64,000 nucleotides of DNA. It comes from Lytechinus pictus. Lineage: Eukaryota. Position 1 is the first letter of the stretch, and each line of letters starts with the position of its first letter. Under the pieces are notes generated by a model. That model ran no database searches, was not told the origin of the DNA, and was given only the letters and a program-made list of their open reading frames with translations. The stretch spans positions 9,486,001 through 9,550,000 of the forward strand of contig NC_087250.1 in NCBI RefSeq assembly GCF_037042905.1. The letters run 5' to 3'. A program made the position numbers and the translations under genes. Positions 13,905 through 28,526 of the stretch are shown here, piece by piece.

Positions 13905-14113
13905 GGGGCCCGTTGCATAAAACTTTTGCCATAAAAAAAAAGTCTGGCAAATGAGCGTCTACTGACGGTGTGCGCGCTCTACAAATATACACTATTATTA
14001 TTATAAACCAAAACGCTGGCAAACAAAATTATGCCATTGAAAATTACACATTAAAAAACTCTGGCCAAAAAATTGCCAGAATTTTTTATGCAAAAGTTTT
14101 ATGCAACGGGCCC
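13905..14113. mobile_element. MITE (GGGCCCGTTGCATAAAACTTTTG TIRs)
   Basis: Near-perfect terminal inverted repeats; related element at 16969-17117. Confidence 0.7.
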
Positions 14114-14131
14114 ATGGAGTATGGGACCAAG

Positions 14132-14520
14132 ACACCGTTCTCATTACAATCCTAAAATGTACATGTAGTTTACCAGAAACCGGTTCAGGAGACCAGTTTG
14201 GAAGATGGCTTTGCTAGCATTCCCTTTAAATCACCTGAAAGTGGTTTTCATCTTGATGTAATGGGTACGTTCTCAGTTTCGCGCAAAATTTGAAACCGCA
14301 GTGTAGGCATTCTACTGTACACACCACATGTGCGAAGCTCGCTTCCCATCCCAAAGAACGGTTGTGTCCTCACATTTACACTACAAGCAGTTTAATGATG
14401 CAAAGAGATCTTGAACACTACATCCCGAGGTGGTTTTCCATTCGGTTTGGAAGATCGCTTCCAAGACCGTTTCGCCTGTTCTCATTAGGCCTACACATTT
14501 TCACTACTTAACTAGTTTTA
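14132..14520. repeat. Interspersed repeat, inverted copy at about 23840-24285, fragment near 10450-10650
   Basis: Shared sequence such as CCGTTCTCATTACA and GGTTTGGAAGATCGCTTCCAAGACCG. Confidence 0.6.
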
Positions 14521-14642
14521 GGACAGAACGGGTTATAATTTCTAAAATTTTGATGCGGCTATATTCCTCAAGTAGTGGGACAGATGAGACAATGAACAGC
14601 TGGAAGGTCTTTGGCGAAATTAGTGAACCAGAACAGCAATAT

Positions 14643-14800
14643 CGGGTCGTGTGGTCCAGTGGTTACAGTATTGGACTCAAAATCGCTTGGTTGTGAGCTT
14701 GAATCCCAACTCTGCCATCGTCTCCGGTTTGATAAAAAGGCCTTAGAGTGATATCCGTCGTCTATAACGTCAGCCACTCTGATTAACCTACACGTAAAAG
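14643..14800 (+). mobile_element. Degenerate tRNA-derived SINE
   Basis: A box TGGTCCAGTGG and degenerate B box GCTTGAATCCC followed by non-tRNA body. Confidence 0.5.
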
Positions 14801-17408
14801 CTTTCCTAGGTACATGTAATTGGTTATATACTGTAGAAGCCGTTATTTTCGTGTACAGAATTTTTCGCGAATCGCGGGTTGTTAAATTCGCGATTGGAAG
14901 ATGTAGTAAACATTTCCACAGCATTTAAAAGAAGTAAAACTAGTGCAAATCACTACTCTTCAAAGTACCTGTGCTGATGTGTCTTTTCTACAAAAGTATG
15001 TCCCTGTAAAAACAGTTACAAACTGTGGAAAAAGGTGGTTTAAATTTCAATTTTTTTACCTTTAGATCTGAAAATTCATCATGCCACAGTTTGATCTGTA
15101 ATTTATAGGGTTAAGCAATCTTTAGAATTTGTGTTTTGTTCTATTAATTTTTCAAAAGGTTGGTAAAAGTGAAAAAATGTGGAATTTTGTGAACAGAATC
15201 TTCACCTCTATCTTCATGTGACTTATGAATATTAATGAGTATGCAAATAGCTGCCAATACGTGTGTATAGAGTCAATCAGATGACAATAAAATCAAATTA
15301 TTTCATGGAAAATACATTTTAATATTACAGTGAGTGTATATATATTGATAAAATAATGTTAGTAAATAGTTTAGGCTCTGATTTTGTTTGAGAAATTAAA
15401 AAAAGGGAAATTCTAGCTAACTTTTTGAATCACTAACTGTACTTTCTAAGCCTTATTTTTTGTACATATAGAGGTGCATATCTCCACTTTCTCAATACAC
15501 AGTATGTTTTCAATAGCAAAGCTTTGCTGTTGGGGACATTGGCACTGACTAAGAAGTGTGTCAATATTTTAAATTCGCGGCCTATCGGCAATCCGCGAAA
15601 ATAAAACCCCCGCGAAAATTACAGCTTATACAGTACCAGCTTGGCGTTTACCAGCAAAATGCTGTCCTGCCCAGTTCCTACTGGAGTTACCATCAACAGA
15701 AACAGAATATCGTCCTAGGTTGCGGAGCTGACAAAAATTTGCAAAAATGTTGTTTGTCCAGAGTCCAGGTGCTGTTTTGATACACTAAATGTTTGACAAT
15801 GACTTCTTTTTATCTGACAAAGCCTGATTTGAGGGACATTTACAATAGTAACAATCAGACACCTTTACTTTTCAGCCCCAGTCAAAACTAAAGGAAATTT
15901 TGTCAGATTAACACAACTACATGTTTTTCTTCCTTTATACGCATTAACACCTGCTCCACTGGTGGATCCAGGGGGGCACAGCCGGCCTGTGCCCCCCCCC
16001 CCCCCCATTTGAGAAGCAAAATTAAAATTTTCTTGGATGAAATCTCCTTGATTTTTGGTTTAAAACCTTTTTTTTTGCTTGTCCAATTTTTTTCTGAAAC
16101 AAAATCTCCTTATTTTTTGGTTAAAAAGTTTTTTCTTTTTTTTTTGCTTGTCAAATTATTCCTCGGAAAAATGTGCCCCCCCCCCCCTTGGAAAATCCTG
16201 GATCCGCCCCTGACATGCTCAGTAATGATATATCTCATTTTTTGTAGTTTATGTACCATGTATCAGTATGTAGTCTGCTGTCCAAACCCTTCACTTGAGT
16301 AAAAGGGGAAATTGAAACAGCACGTTTTTTTATGTGTTAACTAGTCTTGTGTGAAGACCCAACTGGTGATCAAAGTTTCAATCAGGATACAGTATGTGCC
16401 TGCAGACTACAAGTACTGTACATGAAGTTTACAAGCTGGCCAGAAACAGTTCATAAAAATCTTCTTGCTTCACACAAAAATGCCTAACAAGTTACAGTAT
16501 GTAATATACCCACTTTGCTTTGAAACTGCAAACAGTGCAATCGTAGTGGAATAACTTTGAAATCCAATTTCTGGAATATTACAGGCACTTTGCTTTCATA
16601 CAGGCAAAATACCAAATACTGCTTATTCAAATGGGTGTCAATGCACAAATTGAAGAGCAGACAATATGACAAGATCTAGGAAGTAGTCAAGTATCTAGTT
16701 AACGCTGAGTCACGAGGACGATGGGTCGAGTTCAGGTCGAGAGCCAGCTGGAGACCAGGGCCCTGTCTCACAAAGAGTTATGATTGATCCAATCTCAATA
16801 TGGAAATCCATGAATGTCATAATTTTTTTCTTCAGGAAATTTGTTCAATGTTCTTTGAACGCAAAGAGAAGCATACTTGTCATGGGTTCAAATCATCTCC
16901 AGCAAAAAATAAACATTACGCAGTGCTCAATCTACGTTTGGGTACCTTGCTAGTCCTTTGTTAGGACTGGGGCCCGTTGCAGAAAGAGTTGCAATCAATC
17001 GCAACTCTAAAATTCATGCGTAACTTGATTTTCAACCAATCAACAGCGCGCATTTGGGACTTGCGATTGATTTTTTTTTACTTGCATTCAAACGCAACTC
17101 TTTCCGCAACGGACCCCAGTTCTGCTTTCCAGTAGATCAATAACACAATCCTCGACCTCTACGCCCGAAATGAAAACAGCCCCACAATTTCCTACCCTCA
17201 TGATGAAAGAGGGGATAGCGCGATCACTGGGGATAGCGCGATCACTGGGGATGGCGCGCAGGGGAGAATGAAGCAAGGGGAGAGAAATAACAAGTACATG
17301 CACCGACGTCTAGAATCTAGACTAGTTAGTACCTTGCAGGAATATTTATTTCTTGGAATGCCTGTGCACCATGCGATGGACAGTCATTAATTATTTATTA
17401 TTGTTATT

Positions 17409-17562
17409 NNNNNNNNNNNNNNNNNNNNNNNNNNNNNNNNNNNNNNNNNNNNNNNNNNNNNNNNNNNNNNNNNNNNNNNNNNNNNNNNNNNNNNNNNNNN
17501 NNNNNNNNNNNNNNNNNNNNNNNNNNNNNNNNNNNNNNNNNNNNNNNNNNNNNNNNNNNNNN
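17409..17562. other. Assembly gap (others at 40612-40759, 48702-48847, 54758-54921)
   Basis: Runs of N, mostly next to microsatellites or repeats. Confidence 0.99.
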
Positions 17563-20054
17563 TTATTATCACTATCATCATCACCACCATCATCATCATT
17601 AGCAGTAATACATGTAGAAGTCAAGTATTCTCTACCATCATTTTTTCCACTACCGTAGTCATTTGATGCACTTGTAAGCTTTTTTTATATTCAATTTTAT
17701 TGAATTCAAACTCATTTCATCGTTTCCAAATTGTATTTCATCCTTACTAATTTGACAAATGACTTTGTTTTCCTTGTTTGTAAATAACAATTGTGCTATT
17801 CAAACCTTTTAATATAAGTTATGTAAAAACATTTGTTCAGCCTGAAGTGCCCATCGTGATGACACAGTCAACAACTCTCTGCACATGATGACCTCTATTA
17901 ATAATTTTTTTTGTTTTGAATAATATTTTATTTTCTTCCTCTTTCAAATCAATAAGTTTACAATCACAATTCATATAAATAAAGATTATTTGCATGTATA
18001 CAATCAACAAACAATCAAACAAATAAATATATCAATATCAATGAGATTACAAATATTTTTTAAATGATTACAAATGAAATTAAACTGCCAAATTTCTCTT
18101 CATATAACAATGTGAAAGCAGAGGGATAAAACCCGTATCAATCGACACAATTCCAAATATCGCAAAACAAGTTATTCACAAACTAAGTATCTCATATTAA
18201 AAAAAATAAAAATAAGAGCATACAGTGTATAAATTCATATCAAAATTATCTCAAATCAATATAACTGTACAATTTCTTCAAAACAATAAGTTTTTTTAAC
18301 CCGAAAATATATATATATATATTTTTTTTTTAATGAAAACTCTTATAACTTTTTCCCCCCAAAAAGTACATAATATAGAATAAAATTACCTCAATATTTA
18401 TACTGATCATGTTAATAAATATCAAAATTATGTCAAATCAAATAAATTACTTTTTTCATGAAACTCTATGATCCTTATAAAGAGGGAGGTTAAATAATCT
18501 TTCACTCACCCACACACCCCACACTCTCTACCACACAAACATACAATAATAATAATAATAATGATAATAATAATACAGGCATTTACATAGCACCATCTAT
18601 GTAGAAATATTATATTCCGAGGAACACAAGAAAAGAAAGAATGAGAAAGTTCTATTCTATGCAAATTGGTGTGGAATGATTTCAAATAAAAATTCTCCAC
18701 AGGAAATAAATTCACAGTCGCACTTCACTTAAACCCTAGAGCTGCCAAATCATCGATACAAAACAATGGCCAAAAATAAAATAACCACTTTGCATGACCG
18801 AATGAGTCATGCCTATAAACCAGGATATCAATGAATAACAAAGACAAACCAAAACTTCCTCGACTATTAAAATAACATGGAAATGAAAAGAAGTGGCCAC
18901 ATTGCATGTACTGTAACAGTATGTAAGCCTACACTATCAGTTCAAATGATTGCATTGTCATACTCATGTATCAAAATTTGACAGTTCTCTTTCTAGGATT
19001 AAATACATACCTGTAGGTTTCCAAACTTCCTTGATTATTAAAAAGAAAAAGGAAGTGCGGAGAATGTACATACATGTACAGTTCAAATGATATATCATAG
19101 GAGTTCAATTTGACAGTTTTTTTTTAGGATTAAACAAGTTTCAACACTTCCGTGGCTGTATAGAAACATCAGAGTATAGAAATTTCCCATGTGTGGTGAC
19201 TATGTAATAAAGTGACAGAATTTTCCAGGATTATCCAGATTTCATAACTACCATGACAATTAAAAGTGAATTCATAGATATTCCCAGTAGATTTGCACAA
19301 TATGGCTTGTATTCTGAAGTCGGGTTAAATTAAACTCGGGTTAAAAGTTGTGGTTTAAGTATGGATAGCCAATTCTTACATAAACCACTGACAGTAGAGA
19401 TATCATATTTCAGCTCACTTGGCTTTCAAATCATTCATAATTGTCTAGAAAGCATAAATAGATGATTATCTTCACCATCGATGAATCAGGAAAGAGCACG
19501 GTAAATATAAGAAATATACAACTTTAAATTTTGACACTTTTGGCTTCCCATGATTTCAGCAGAGAGTTAGACCATGGTCTATAAAGTTAACCTGACTTCA
19601 GAATACAGCCTACATGTATATTTTTCCCCAGTGAAGGTTTCAAAACTTTGACTACAAAAACATTAGCACTGTTGAGCAATTCTCTAGTACACTTTAAATG
19701 ATTATTGTGTCATAAAAGTATTTAACTTTTTTGAGGACTCATTCAACAGGTTTCAGTGTTTTCTTCATTTCTTTTCTATCAAACTTCCTCATTGCAAGAT
19801 ACTAAATCAGAAGTAAATTCAAGTTCATACATGCAAGTATTCATTAGCCTGACTGAACCATTACCAAGAAATTATTGGTTTTATAATTCCATGTAGTTAA
19901 TAATTAGCAATTCGTGGAGACAGATAATACCAAATAGTCTCTATACGTGTGAAAGAATTATTGTTTTGTATACTGTAGGGCTAAAATAAAAAGGTATGTT
20001 TTTACCACTGATTTGAATCTGTTGAAATCTGCTATTGATCTTGTATGAGGTACA

Positions 20055-20215
20055 TGTAGGCTGTTCCACAATGTTGGTGCCATTTCCACAAAAGCTCTGT
20101 CACCAAAAGTTTTGGACTTTTAATATCCGGTACTCGTATTTCAGAAAAAAGATCCTTTGATTGTGAACGAAGATCTCAACTGGGTTGATATTTCTGAATT
20201 AGATCACTGAGGTAC
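20055..20215 (-). mobile_element. 3' fragment of an L2/CR1-group LINE ORF2
   Basis: Minus strand reads YLSDLIQKYQPS*DLRS ... FGDRAFVEMAPTLWNSL, the conserved C-terminal motif of L2/CR1-group ORF2; contains a stop. Confidence 0.65.
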
Positions 20216-23200
20216 AAACCCTAAAAGAGCCAGGTTATTTGGACCCATCTCACAGCCGCCCCCCCCCCCCTGAGATCTCGGCCGTCGATCGCACGAGCGC
20301 CGCGAAAATTTGCACAGTGTTAGTGTGCGATAAAATCTACAAGGCTGAATGATTAATGTTTCTTAAAAAATAAGATTTTTTTTAATGAATTAATTATGCT
20401 AATTTATGCATGAAATAAAACATTTGCTCTAATTAACTTATTATGGCCCCAAAATTGCTAATTTTTTATTCAAAGACTCTTTGTAGGATTCTGACAAATG
20501 TACATTAAAAAAAATTTGTAACGCAAATCATTTCTTATGTATTTTATTGTTTTTTTAATTTCTTATGTATTTCTTGTTTTTTCCTTTTTGTTTTGTATTG
20601 TTTTTTTGATGGAAAATGTTGTACACTTAATTCTGATCATAAAAAAGACAAAATTAATTAATTCTCATCATTAAAAGTCGAAATAATGATACATTTATAA
20701 ATTTTGGCTAAATACACAATTTGCATTGGATTTGTACATGAATTCACGTTTTTGAGCAATTTGGGGTCTGACATGCACAAGTTTACATAATGTTACGTAA
20801 TTTCGTAACCGCATACCCGGGCATCACAAATTTGGTCTCAAAAGTTGTGGAGACTTAAAAGTAAAAAGTCAGCGAGCGACACGGTAAAAAAATCGCGAAA
20901 AATGTCAAGGGGGCGGATTCCGTGCCCTGGGCCTTTTATAGAGAGTGGGCTTCCCCTTTAACCCTTTCCGCGCTGATGTTGCAAATTTGTAGATTCGTAT
21001 AATTAAATTCAACAATTGTAGTAATTAGTTTTCTCCCCTTCCTTCAAATTAGATAAGCTAACAAAAGACAACAGTTCTTGGATTTATGACATCTATATAA
21101 TAATCAATGGTGCAATATGGATATCTTGAACTAAAGAAAATAACATGGAAACAATTGTCATTAATATCCCCAAAAATTAATTCAGTGTGCAAAGAGTTGA
21201 TTTTGTGGAAGCATTCTATTACAAATCCATCTTCATCAAGCCTATGAAGTCATGTGCATTTGTATGTAGTACCTGTAATTATGGTTATTTAAGTTGGTTG
21301 AGAAGTACATGTAGTGCATCTTGTTCAGTTTTATTCTTGGAGAGTTTTGAAGTACAAGTACTGGTAGTCTTTAATACAGTAAACACTATAATAATTCCTG
21401 TGTGTTTACAGCTCTTTGAAGGAAATGGATTGGCCAGTTTTAACATTACTTTTTCATCGCTTCCTCTTTTTTCATTTCCCCATTTATTCATTAAAAAAGA
21501 TATTTTATTCATTAAGGTATCTTTTGTTTTATCTAAATAACATGCAGGTAGATGTACGTACGTACATACATGTACACTGTATATTCATTCATTTGTTGAC
21601 AAAGATATATGAAAATATTGATAAAGCAATTTATTCTTGATAGGGAATATAACTTTCTACCTGATTAACAAGTGTATGCAACTTACTTTTTACTTGTTTG
21701 TTTGTTTGTTACTGATTTATCAATTATTCAAACATTGGAAGGAATCAGTTAGTGTGATGCTTTCATGCACATGTATACCTAAAGCAACAAACGTCACCTT
21801 GAATTAATTGCTTTTGAAAGTTGGGGGAAACCAAATCTATACCGGTAATCCCTTTTTAATAATATCACTCTAGTTTGTAAGTTTTAAAAGTATCTTTACG
21901 CGTAATAAAACTTTTGAATAGTCCAATAAAAGATAATATTAGAATGATACATGTAGGTACTACTATTGGGCTTCCTGCCAAGTGCAAATGATATAGGCCT
22001 TTGCCTATACAACTATCTTTGCGGGTTAGGGGTGGTACGTGTACAAGAGGTTTTCTTATCAGATCAAACTACATGTATGGGTAGGTATTATTTCTTTTTT
22101 CTTTTTTTCTTTCTTTCTTTCTTTCCTGTGATTAATTACTGACATACATGTACTGTAAACAAACAGCCACAGGTGCAAATGTCATGAAATTGACAATAAA
22201 ATACACCAGGGTCTGGGCATCTTCATGGTAAAAAGACTACGATACCACAATGACGTCTTGGCCAACCTCGAGCAGAAAAAACCCCATGGGTGCACTGCCC
22301 CATCACGGCTCAAACTACAGAAGAAAAAAATAAATAATTTTGAAGTTAATGAAAAACTTCCTCCACAAATGTCAATGGACAAACAATTGGAGCATGATGA
22401 CGTACAAATGTGAAGTGATTACGCAGTCACTATGGACAACAGTATAATGTGTGATGTATACCGTGTGAGTCAAAAATAACTTTAATAGACTATGGTCTAA
22501 CTCTGTGCTAAAATTATGGGAAGCCAAAAGTGTCAAAATTTTTATTAAGTTGTGTGTTTCTTATGTTTACTGTGCTCTTTCCTGATTCATCGATGGTGAA
22601 GACAATCATCTATTTATATTTCCTAGACAATTATGAATGATTAGAGAGCCGAATGAGCCGAAAAATGATATATCTACCGTCAGTGATCTATGTAACAATT
22701 GGCTATCCATACTTAAACCACAACTTTAAACCCGGGTTTAAGTTAAACCTGACTTCAGAATACGGGCCATAATCTTTACATATGGCTGGAAAGAGTATCT
22801 TCTCCTAAATAATTTGATACCAATTACCATGTGGTATCTCTTCACGCTTGGATAATTAGTACAGTTACTCCAGTAGGTATTCTTTGCACTTTGCATGATT
22901 ACAATGAATGAACCCCAGATGCCAATGATGTCATAATCCTACATTTGTTATATTTGAAAAATTATCCCTTTTCAACGAAATCAACTTGAGAATTGATACT
23001 AAAAAGTTATTATTAAACAATTAAGATGTAATTGAAAATTACAGAAAAGTTGTTTTGAAATGGATTGAAATGCAACCCTTGTATAGGATTATGACATTAT
23101 TGACTGGATTCATTCATTGCAGCCATGCCTTACTTTGGCGCAAATCAAACTTTACACGCAAGGAATACATGTACCTACTTATTATCCAAGCGTTAACACA

Positions 23201-24447
23201 TACATGTGTACCACATAAATATGGTATCAAATTATGTGGAAGAACATACTCTTTCAGGCCATATGTGCTTATGACATATTTTTCCTTAAATTGGGGATTT
23301 GTGAGGTGTCAATTTTTTTTTTTTTACTCACATGGTAGTGGAGACCTACATGTACAATACAATTTCTTATTGTTGTTGTAATTTATATCTGAAAGTATTA
23401 AATACGCTTGTAACTCAAATTTCATTTCTGAATCCAAAAGGGTTTTAAAGAAACTGAATTCATTTCTTAATACAAAATAACAAAAAAAAAATATGCATTT
23501 CAATAATTCGCCATGTGGTATATTATTATTCACATAATTTGCACCAAGTGAAGTCTCATGAGCAAGAAGTACATGTGCAGGCTACTACCATGAACAGAGG
23601 CCCAAAAAGTGCAGATTTGAGAGCTAATAAGGGTCTGAGCTGTCAGACTAGTCCATATGAACATTAACTACAATACAGACAAGATTGTCTGTTCAACAGA
23701 AATGACCATTGGTCTGCTGTGCTCACTCAAGATCAGTTATACTATATGCAACCTAATGTACACTGAAATAGAAACAGCAAGTTTTATATACATGTAAGTG
23801 CTAGTCTGGTTTGAAGACCCACTTGTTGATCAAAAACACTGTTCTCACTATCTTCCTATAACTAGTTTACTGGAAACTACTTTAACGTGTAGTGAGAACG
23901 GTCGAATCGGTCTTGGAAGGGATCTTCCAAACCAGTTCAGAAAACCACCTCGCGATGTAGTTTTTAAGATCGCTTCGCCCGGGTAAACTGGTTTTAGCGC
24001 TAGTGAGGACACAACCGTTCTTCAGGAAGCGATCTTCGCACATTTTGAGCGCGGTACTCCACATGACACGAGTAGAATGCCTACGCTGCGGTTTTGAATT
24101 TCGCACGAAACATATCACCCCACTGAGAGCGTTTCCTTAGCAACAAGATCCCTTTATGTGAAGTGATTTTGAAAACAACTTTCATGTGATCAAGTGAGAA
24201 CGCTAGCAAAACAATCTTCCAAACTGGTTTCCTGAATCGCTTTCCACTAGTTATCTAGTTTTAGAAAGTGTAATGAGAACGGCCTCATAGTTTCAATCAG
24301 GGTCTGTGTCTGCAGACTATTAATGGTCATTGTCAAGCCATGGTCAATTAAAAAGAAGAAATACAAGGAGGAAAATATTGACTCATTTAGGAGGGGAAGG
24401 CAAGGCAAAGATAACAAGATTCTGTTCCAAACCTGATAGGACCTGCA

Positions 24448-24930
24448 TTAAAGGGGAAGCTCACCCTGAAAAAATGTTTATTGAAAAAATAGCAGAAAAA
24501 TAAGAGAAATTATTGCCAAAGGTTTGACAAAAATTCATCTAGGAATAAAAAAGTTATTAGAATTTTTTAATAATCATTTGATTTGTGACGTCATATGCTA
24601 ACAGCTTTCTTACATATCGTGTCGTAAAAAAATCAATGAAATGTCCTTTTCTCAGAAAATCGAAAATGGTTTTTACTGTAGTATATCAATATTACAAATC
24701 ATTTTACACCCATTCCCAAAAAGCAAAACAAGTCATCACAAACAATAAGAAAATTGAAATTTATGCATCAACATATCCTGGGGCAGCTGCTCTTTTATGA
24801 CGTCAAAAATGCAGAAATTAACATGCTAATAGCTTTCTTTATATTTAATGGATTTTCCTCAAACCTTTCCCTATATTTTTTTCTGCTATTTTAACAACAA
24901 ACTTTTCTTCAGGGAGAACTTCCCCTTCAA
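24448..24930. mobile_element. Kolobok-like non-autonomous element
   Basis: TTAA-AGGGGAAGCTCACCCTGAA ... TTCAGGGAGAACTTCCCCT-TCAA with long subterminal inverted repeats. Confidence 0.65.
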
Positions 24931-26294
24931 TACTTTGAACACTGCAGTGTGTAGTAATAATATTTCTAGTAATAATAATAACAATAATAATAATAATACA
25001 ATAATAATTAATATTTCTGATTAAATTGTATGACCCTCTTCAAATAATTCAAATTCTTTTCAAGAGTTTGAAGATGTAATTAAGTTATGGGGGGGGAATT
25101 AGACAGAGCTTCTGGGATATTGTGTCCTAATATGTTCAAAATAGTCCTGGAAAATTATGTTTTTGCCTGTAAGAAACAAGCTTTGCATATTATTGTCAGT
25201 GAATAATGCATGGAGTTCTGAAAGGGCAATTATTGGTCTAGTTATAGTACATTTAAAGGGCAAACCTGTTACCATTTGTAAGGACATTCTTTAGGAATGT
25301 AGAGAAAAAAATGTGTGATGGAGCAGTCCCTTCCGGCATTAATTAATTAACAAATTTTGCATATTCTAGTCAGTGAATAATGCATGGAGTTTTGCAAAGG
25401 GCAATTATTGGTCTAGTTACAGTACATAAAGGGCAAACATGTTACCATTTGTAAGGATATTCTCTACAGTGTAGTATGTTTCAAGGTACACCATGTATCT
25501 TTCTTGGGCAGATGTTGGTCCTGAAAAGGACCACCTAATATCGATGTTTCAACAAGTGTGTTCTTGTCATCCTCAGGAGATATTCTCTACATTCCTAAAT
25601 AATGTTCATAGAGAAACAATGTGTGATGGAGCACTCCTTTCCGGCATTAATGATTAACAAGAATAACTGAAGATCATAATTGAGATGGTGCAGGAACAGA
25701 TTGTCATCAAACCACAATGGCACGCACTAAAGATTGAACATTGGTCATAAGGAGGAGTTCAAAGGTCAACAGGCAATTAATGAATGACAGATTGCATTAA
25801 TATACATGTAGGATGCCATATTGTCAGTTATTAATTAAAAAAAAAAAGATAATCATTATATTTGAACTGCCTGAGGTTTTTTTTTGTTATACTGTTGTTT
25901 TTAATATTCCATTTTGCGGTTTGCTTGCATTTTTATTTATTGGGTTAATAACTCCAAAATCAAATCTTTTTTTGTGGGGGGGAGAAACTGCCTTCACTAC
26001 ATATAGTGTACATAATATGCAAAATTTAAAGGACAATTCCACCCTACTAACAAACGTTGGATATAAAAGTTATGGCATTTTGAAGTTCTGCTTAAGTTTG
26101 CGTACAGTTTTACATGCACATCCTGGTCTGTACGCAATGTATTGTATTTTATTACATTAAATATTCCAATTTTCTCCTTATTGTCCAGAGAAACAAATTC
26201 CTCCTTGAACATGTGGAATTATCATAAATTGTTTAATAACATGACATGGTTCAGTCGAGATGGTTCTTATCAAATGTCAAATTAATTAAAATGT

Positions 26295-26577
26295 GGAGCG
26301 TTGTGGCCCAGTGGATAAGTCTTCTGACTTTGAAACAGAGGGTCGTGGGTTCGAATCCCAGCCATGGCGTTATTTCCTTCAGCAAGAAATTATCCACATT
26401 GTGCTGCACTCAACCCAGGTGAGGTGAATGGGTACCCGGCAGGATTAATTCCTTGAATGCATGAGTGCTGAAGGGCAGCTCGAGCTAAAGCCGGGGTAAT
26501 AATAATAATAATAACGCACCTCAGAATAGAATATTTCTAGATAGATGGCGCTATATAAATGCCTATTATTATTATTA
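26295..26577 (+). mobile_element. tRNA-derived SINE inserted in a Kolobok-like element
   Basis: A box TGGCCCAGTGG, B box GGTTCGAATCC, body CACTCAACCCAGGTGAGGTGAATGGGTACCCGG, TAA-rich tail; copies at 55976-56400, about 36490-36695 (-), 48505-48700 and 50990-51200 (-). Confidence 0.8.
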
Positions 26578-28526
26578 AATGCTATATAATTCAAACAATA
26601 AAAAGAAGGAATACATGTAGTGAGGGAGATCATCAACTCTTTCATTTGCATGTCACTGAGTTGCATAACTGTTTGGGAAAAAAATCAAGCGTAACTTTAA
26701 AATGTCAAAACCTTCTTAGTTTACATCTGACTTTGAAGAAATTTACAGCATTTATACTTGTCTGATAAATCTCTTTTGATTCAAATCAAAATTTGTATGG
26801 GGTGGACTTGACCATTGTAAGAAATTATGATAGCATCCTTCACATGTTTGGTAAATTACACATGTATGTCTCTGACCATTTTCATTTCACATCTGTAACT
26901 TGATACTGGATGTAGTAATCCCTTTGGCAGCTCATACAGAAGCTATACTGGGATGATGAATAAAGTGAGCCACTGGAAGGAGTGTCATGAAGTGCAGAAA
27001 TGGTGATGGATAGACATAGCAATTTTGTATATATGTACAGTCAAACATGCTATGCTGAGTGCAAGTAACAAACCAAAGTATCACTTTAATCTTACAGAAT
27101 ATTAGAAATCACATTTTCCGGGTGGTTTTTTTTTCTTTACCGTACAAAAAAAATTAAATGAAATTAAGAATAACTGAAGAAAACATGTTTCGCCCTAAAA
27201 GGATTTTTGAGAAAAATGAAAAATTGTAATAAATATTCACTTTCTTATTCAATGTATTAATTTTTTATGTAAATGTTGGGAAGTCGAGTTTTCACAAAAA
27301 TATTGTTTTCCCCAAAATAGCACAATATATTGAGACCCCCGTAGAAGCGGCACCGCTTCGGGCACCATCCCTGGTGATCCGTCTTTGAAGACGTGTAACC
27401 ATGGTAACATGACTTCTATTTAGACTCTATCCTTGAGTATTGAAACTTTCTGGACTAATATTAGCTAATTGGAATTCAGATTTTGAATACCAAAAATCCC
27501 AATTTTTTTTGAAAATATTTAGGAATAGGCCTAGACCCTATCTCTCCTACAAATTCATCAAAATATTGAAAAAATTAACAGTAATACCCATTTTGGTGGG
27601 CGACATCATGATCAATATGAGACACATGGCCACATTTCTTCCTTGTTTTTCTGTTAGGTCTGAAGACAGTTATCTGTAAGTATAATCTGACCTTTCATTC
27701 ATCTTCTTTTGATAAAGTACAGTCCACCGACTGGTGTATTGCACTCATTCAATGAACAAGGTTATGATAACGGTGAGCTGTATAGCTGTATATAATATTG
27801 TACAATATAATTTGGCAGGTATAGTCTGCTGGTGTGTAAGTTACAGTGCCAGTGGCCGTACCATCTTTCAGAGCAAAGAAAAGGTGGCCCTAACTAATTT
27901 ATTTCTAAAAAGGCTAAAAAAACCTGGATGTGATCAATTCATGGTGATAAGATATTGATCCATCAGGCATCATGATCATCGCTGAAATAAATTATCTGCC
28001 ATATGACTCAATATAGACAATAATAACAGATGAATTGGAACAAACTTCACAGATGTTACTGTTAGTGTTAGTTACAAAGATAACCCTTGAGTTTGACTTG
28101 TGTTATACGTTAGTGAATGTTATTATTTTACCCCCCAAAAAGGGCCTGGTCAGGGTGTCGGCAGGCAGTTGCGACAGATGGGCCGCAGCCCACAGCTTGC
28201 CCGACCGGCACCGGCCCGGTAAAAATCTGACGCGACACTGCGCTGCACAGCGAGCTCTGGCTGCTGCAGTTTGCAGCTGCTAAGGCTAGACTGTACATTC
28301 TACTCCGGATGCACTTCCCGGAGTCGCGCGTCGAAATATGACACGACATCGCACCAAAAACATCACGACTACACGTCAACATACCATCAACAGTCACTTT
28401 TGAGTACTATCACACATTACTTCACATCTCATCTTTCTGATCCATCCAATGAAATCTCAAATAAATGATCCTAAAATAAAAATATTAACCATTTTCTAAA
28501 ATATTCGGATATTATATGTGACTCAC

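Noticed and set aside
22182-22413. Short Lys-rich ORF in the sorting nexin intron
   Set aside because: No recognisable homology and no convincing splice sites.
26295-26368. tRNA gene candidates (also 55976, 63688, 14643)
   Set aside because: A/B boxes run directly into shared SINE bodies and tails; cloverleaf pairing is imperfect.
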